Shown here piece by piece: positions 60,773 through 64,000 of a stretch of DNA of 64,000 nucleotides (its first letter is position 1; the number at the start of each line of letters is the position of its first letter). Below the pieces are notes generated by a model. The model did no database searches, was not told the origin of the DNA, and saw only the letters and a program-made list of their open reading frames with translations. A program made the translations under genes and the position numbers. The stretch comes from Felis catus. Its lineage: Eukaryota. The stretch is from positions 25,112,001-25,176,000 of the forward strand of contig NC_058369.1 of the NCBI RefSeq assembly GCF_018350175.1. Reading direction: 5' to 3'.

Positions 60773-61978
60773 CCCTGGAAAACCCCTTTCCAGAGAAGCA
60801 TTTTGGACAAACTCAGGTGAGGCTGCCACCCCCAACGATATCCCAGAGCAAAGGGGCTAGTTAGTGATCTGAAGGAGCCTGTGCTCACATACCAGCTGGA
60901 GACAAAACCCAAAACCAAACTCTCAGCTCCCATCTCTCCTCCAGGAAGACCATGGATGCAGAGTAGCAACCAAGGCAACTGCAAACATGGGCCTGATGGC
61001 CCCACAGCTACGTCCTCGAGGAGAAGTTAACATGGGTCTGTTTGCCACTGCAAGTGAGGGCAATGCTAGGAGCTGGGGCTCCGTGGCAAGGTAGTTTTTG
61101 TGGTTTGGGTTGGTTTTGAATGAATTTTTGTCTTAATGTTGCCTAGTGGCCACAATGAAGGTAATAACACAACTTCCTATCTTACGGGGCCATGTGAGAA
61201 TTAAATGAGCTATGTCAGCCCAGTGACCCACACAGAGCCTGACACATACCATAAACTCAGATGGCTGCCAATGATGATGGTGGTGACAGTGGGCGGTGGA
61301 AGGAGCCACCTGAAGTAGGAAAATCCAACCAAAGTCTCTTCAAAACCAGGAGTCAAAAGAGAAGCAGGTAATCCTGATACACTCCCCTGGAGAAGCATGC
61401 TTAGATACTTTTCAGAAGGGAAAACGAAGTGGTGCCCTCTTCTGGATGGGATCAGGGCTGCCCAAATGTCCTGGGCCTCAGGAGAGGTCACAAGACCCCT
61501 GTGAGTATAGGCTCTCCATGTGCCATTGGGAAATGAAACAGGTAACAGAGAGACCCAAGGAGATGAACTTCCCCAGAGAAGGGAGAGGAAATGACAACTA
61601 TGGAGAGATACCATTGTTCACTCAACATACCAGCAAAAATAAAGGAGCATGAAGAGCTGAGGGGCAGTGGGAGGGCAGGCAAACAGGAAATCTGGCACCC
61701 TATTGACAAATGGTCTTTAGAGAATGACTTGGAAATCTTTAGTAAGATCTTAAATGTACACACAGGATGGCACGACAACTCCACTCCTCGGTAACCTCCT
61801 AAGAGAACTATCCACGCCTTTGTGCAGGAAGCACACACCAGAAAGTGCCCCCCAACACTGATATAAGGGCAAACAATGGGACCCACCTACCCACCACTCA
61901 CAGGAACATGGCTCAATAAACAGTGGATTCTTATACCATGAATACACTATTCATTTTGTGATAGACAAAAACTAGGTA

Positions 61979-62190
61979 GGGGCACCTGGGTAGCTCAGTC
62001 AGTTGAGCATCCAACTCTTGATTTCAGCTCAGGCCGTGATGTCACAGTGGTGGGATCAAGCCCCGTGTTGGGCTCTGTAGTGAGCGTGGAGCTCACTTGG
62101 GGTTTTCTCTCTCTCTTCTCTCTGCCCTTCCCCTGCTTGTGCATGTGTGCGCACTCTCTCAAAAAACCAAAACCAAAAACAAAAAACAAA
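61979..62190 (+). mobile_element. Can-SINE
   Basis: ggggcacctgggtagctcagtc head and A-rich tail. Confidence 0.93.
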
Positions 62191-62293
62191 GTAGATTCTC
62201 ATACACAGTCTTGAAAACATTTTAAGGCATATTATTGAATTTTTAAAAAATGTTACAAAATAGACCAACATGCATAGCATGACAACCTATATC

Positions 62294-62368
62294 AGGAAGG
62301 AAGGAAGGAAGGAAGGAAGGAAGGAAGGAGGGAGGGAGGGAGGGAGGGAGGGAGGAAGGAAGGGAGAG

Positions 62369-62451
<83 letters not shown>

Positions 62452-62490
62452 AAAGGAAGAAAGAAAAGAAAAAAGGAAGGAAGGAAAGAA
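62294..62490. repeat. 197-nt pure polypurine compound microsatellite (GGAA)n(GGGA)n(GAAA)n
   Basis: Direct reading. Confidence 0.97.
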
Positions 62491-63104
62491 TGACTTTTTC
62501 TACGTATATAAGCACCTAGAAAAAGTTCTGGAAGGAAATGTACAAAAGGAGGTCACAGTAGTTACTTCTGGGAAAGGCAGGTGTGGGATGGGGAGGCTGG
62601 CAATGAAACCAGGCAGGGTGTGTCACCTATTTTTAACTAAGAAAAAATGTATCTATGCATCTCTTGGGCATTAAAATAAAATTAAATGAATACATTTATT
62701 TTTTAAGGAGAAAAAGAGGAGGGAGAGAGAGAGAAAGACATAGCTGCCAAGAGCTAAGGGGCTGTCTTTGCCTCCCTCCAGGACTGGCCACCCACACATA
62801 CAGACACAGCTCATCTGAGCAAGTGTCCATAGTTCTCAGAATCCAGTATTTAATTCTATACCTCATTAGTTCTATTTATACCAACTCTTCCTTCTGATTC
62901 TTAGAAAAATTCCCTCATACTTAACAAAAGTATCCTCCTCTGGTGTCAGAAATTGGAGATATGAAAAGGGGACACATGAAATTCTGCTATCTCCAATTCT
63001 TGATGGCCTCCACTGACTTATATAGACTTAGATGAAAGCCTACATTGCATTTAATTGGTGCCTGTGAGAATTTTTTAAATCTTAATTTTTAAAGATACTT
63101 TTAC

Positions 63105-63166
63105 CTTTCTTTGTTTTCTTCCATTCCTCTGAAGACGCACTGATTCATTACTGTGGAACTGTCCAT
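63105..63166 (-). CDS. ARHGEF3: ARHGEF3 long isoform, first coding segment (MDSSTVMNQCVFRGMEENKE + AG of R, 62 nt, ends in phase 2)
   Basis: The peptide matches the N-terminus of the long human ARHGEF3 isoform as I recall it (MDSSTAMNQCSCRGMEENKER...). Donor AAG|gtaaaa at 63105/63104; pyrimidine-rich acceptor ttttgtttttttttcag ending at 63198. Phase matches the exon at 4989-5055. Confidence 0.93.
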
Positions 63167-63177
63167 AGACACAGCAT
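63148..63177 (-). other. Overlapping upstream ORF (MLCLWTVPQ*)
   Basis: GCC-ATG at 63177 lies 11 nt upstream of the main ATG and out of frame; TAA at 63150-63148. Confidence 0.55.
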
Positions 63178-63197
63178 GGCCAGGCCAGGTCTTCTTT
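63167..63197 (-). other. ARHGEF3: 5' UTR portion of the ATG-containing ARHGEF3 exon (exon 63105-63197)
   Basis: Lies between the acceptor cag (63200-63198) and the ATG at 63166. The acceptor implies an upstream first exon beyond the right end of the window. Confidence 0.8.
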
Positions 63198-63291
63198 CTG
63201 AAAAAAAACAAAACAACCCAATGTTTAGAACCTGGACATATTTCTGTTATAAATGCACAGAGAGTTGCATTAAATACATACAAGGGGGATA

Positions 63292-63736
63292 TGTCAAAGG
63301 CTGCCCAGTATCCATTAAAATCCATTCTCCCTTTCTTCCATAGTTATTTGAGTTTTATCAGGGTCTACATTTCCCAGCATCCTTGCAGGTAGGTGTGGCA
63401 CTGAGTTCCCAATTCCATTGAGTTCCCAATGGAATCAGAGAGGAAAGGTGCCATTTCCCCATATAGGTCTTAAGACATGAGCATGCCTTATCCACCCTTC
63501 CCACTGGCTCCCACTGGCTAACTCAGCTCTGATTGTGCACATGATGACCATGCATTTGGAAATAATGGAGTGACAAGACAGAAGGCACCTAGGCCTATGA
63601 ATGACTGCATGGAGCACGGTCAGCCTCTCACCTTCTAACTACTACCTTAGTGAGAAATTTCTTTTTTTTTTTTTTTTACATCATTGTTTTATTTGATTCT
63701 ATTTTTATGGCTAGTTAATGCTCATCCCAGATGGCA
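63292..63736 (+). mobile_element. MLT1J-like MaLR solo LTR
   Basis: ccattctccctttcttcc...acatttcccagcatccttgcaggtaggtgtggc...aagacagaaggcacctagg. Confidence 0.75.
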
Positions 63737-64000
63737 CTGAGTATTCCCTTTGGGGCCCTTCTGAGGGTGGGTTTGGTTATTTGGAGCTTACAACATGTTA
63801 TGTCTATGGAGACAGGTGCTGTCAGACTATTTTGGTCACAATTTTGGTAAAACCACATGCAATTTAAGTAGTACTTAGTCAGTGTTAGATGGATGAAGAG
63901 ATGTTAATGAGCATGTAATACCTTCTAGTGTGAAGTCTGTCAAGAGCAGAGCATGTGGCCAGAATTAGGAACACTGGGATCCACAAGTGTGAGTTGTGAG

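Larger units (their letters stand above)
61590..62700 (+). mobile_element. Old L1ME-like 3' fragment interrupted by a SINE and a purine tract
   Basis: gagataccatt...caactccactcctcggta...aataaacagtgg...gtagttacttctggg. Confidence 0.6.
5056..63104 (-). other. ARHGEF3: ARHGEF3 intron (58,049 bp, GT-AG, phase 2)
   Basis: Bounded by the donor at 63104 and the acceptor at 5056; repeat-rich with no other recognisable coding sequence. Confidence 0.88.

Noticed and set aside
2728..62190. Repeated tRNA-like A/B-box sequences and recurring MAQSVK.../MISQF... ORFs
   Set aside because: These are tRNA-derived Can-SINE heads, not tRNA genes, a gene family or a CRISPR-like array. They are irregularly spaced and carry TSDs and A tails.
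62243..62674. K/E/R-rich and F/L/S-rich ORFs
   Set aside because: Translations of the GGAA/GAAA microsatellite.
1..64000. CpG island or main promoter, RNA genes, or a novel multi-gene system
   Set aside because: No CpG island, rRNA, snRNA or convincing miRNA hairpin is visible. The content is explained by one host gene's exons and introns plus repeats.

Overview
Mammalian genomic DNA, almost certainly from a felid, given about 25 tRNA-derived carnivore SINEs, several of SINEC_Fc type. The window lies inside one minus-strand gene that I recognise as ARHGEF3 (XPLN, a RhoA/RhoB GEF). Two small coding exons of the long N-terminal isoform are present: 63105-63197 (ATG at 63166) and 4989-5055. They have canonical, phase-compatible splice sites, are separated by a 58,049-bp intron, and splice to MDSSTVMNQCVFRGMEENKERPRRILQNSFPMFPSPRAWNFRG. 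The promoter/first exon and the DH-PH exons lie outside the window. The rest is intron filled with Can-SINE, MIR, L2, L1, MaLR/ERV LTR, hAT/Tigger MITE remnants and microsatellites. Repeat family names and boundaries are by-eye estimates. I found no evidence for a wholly novel gene or system. The best leads are: two intronic ATG mini-exons (10184-10213, 52592-52635) that would splice in frame onto exon 4989-5055; an overlapping uORF with a TAATG stop-start; a twin-primed L1 with a possible 3' transduction; a fused inverted-SINE deletion scar; a young antisense SINE close to a splice acceptor; and a strong CTCF motif.
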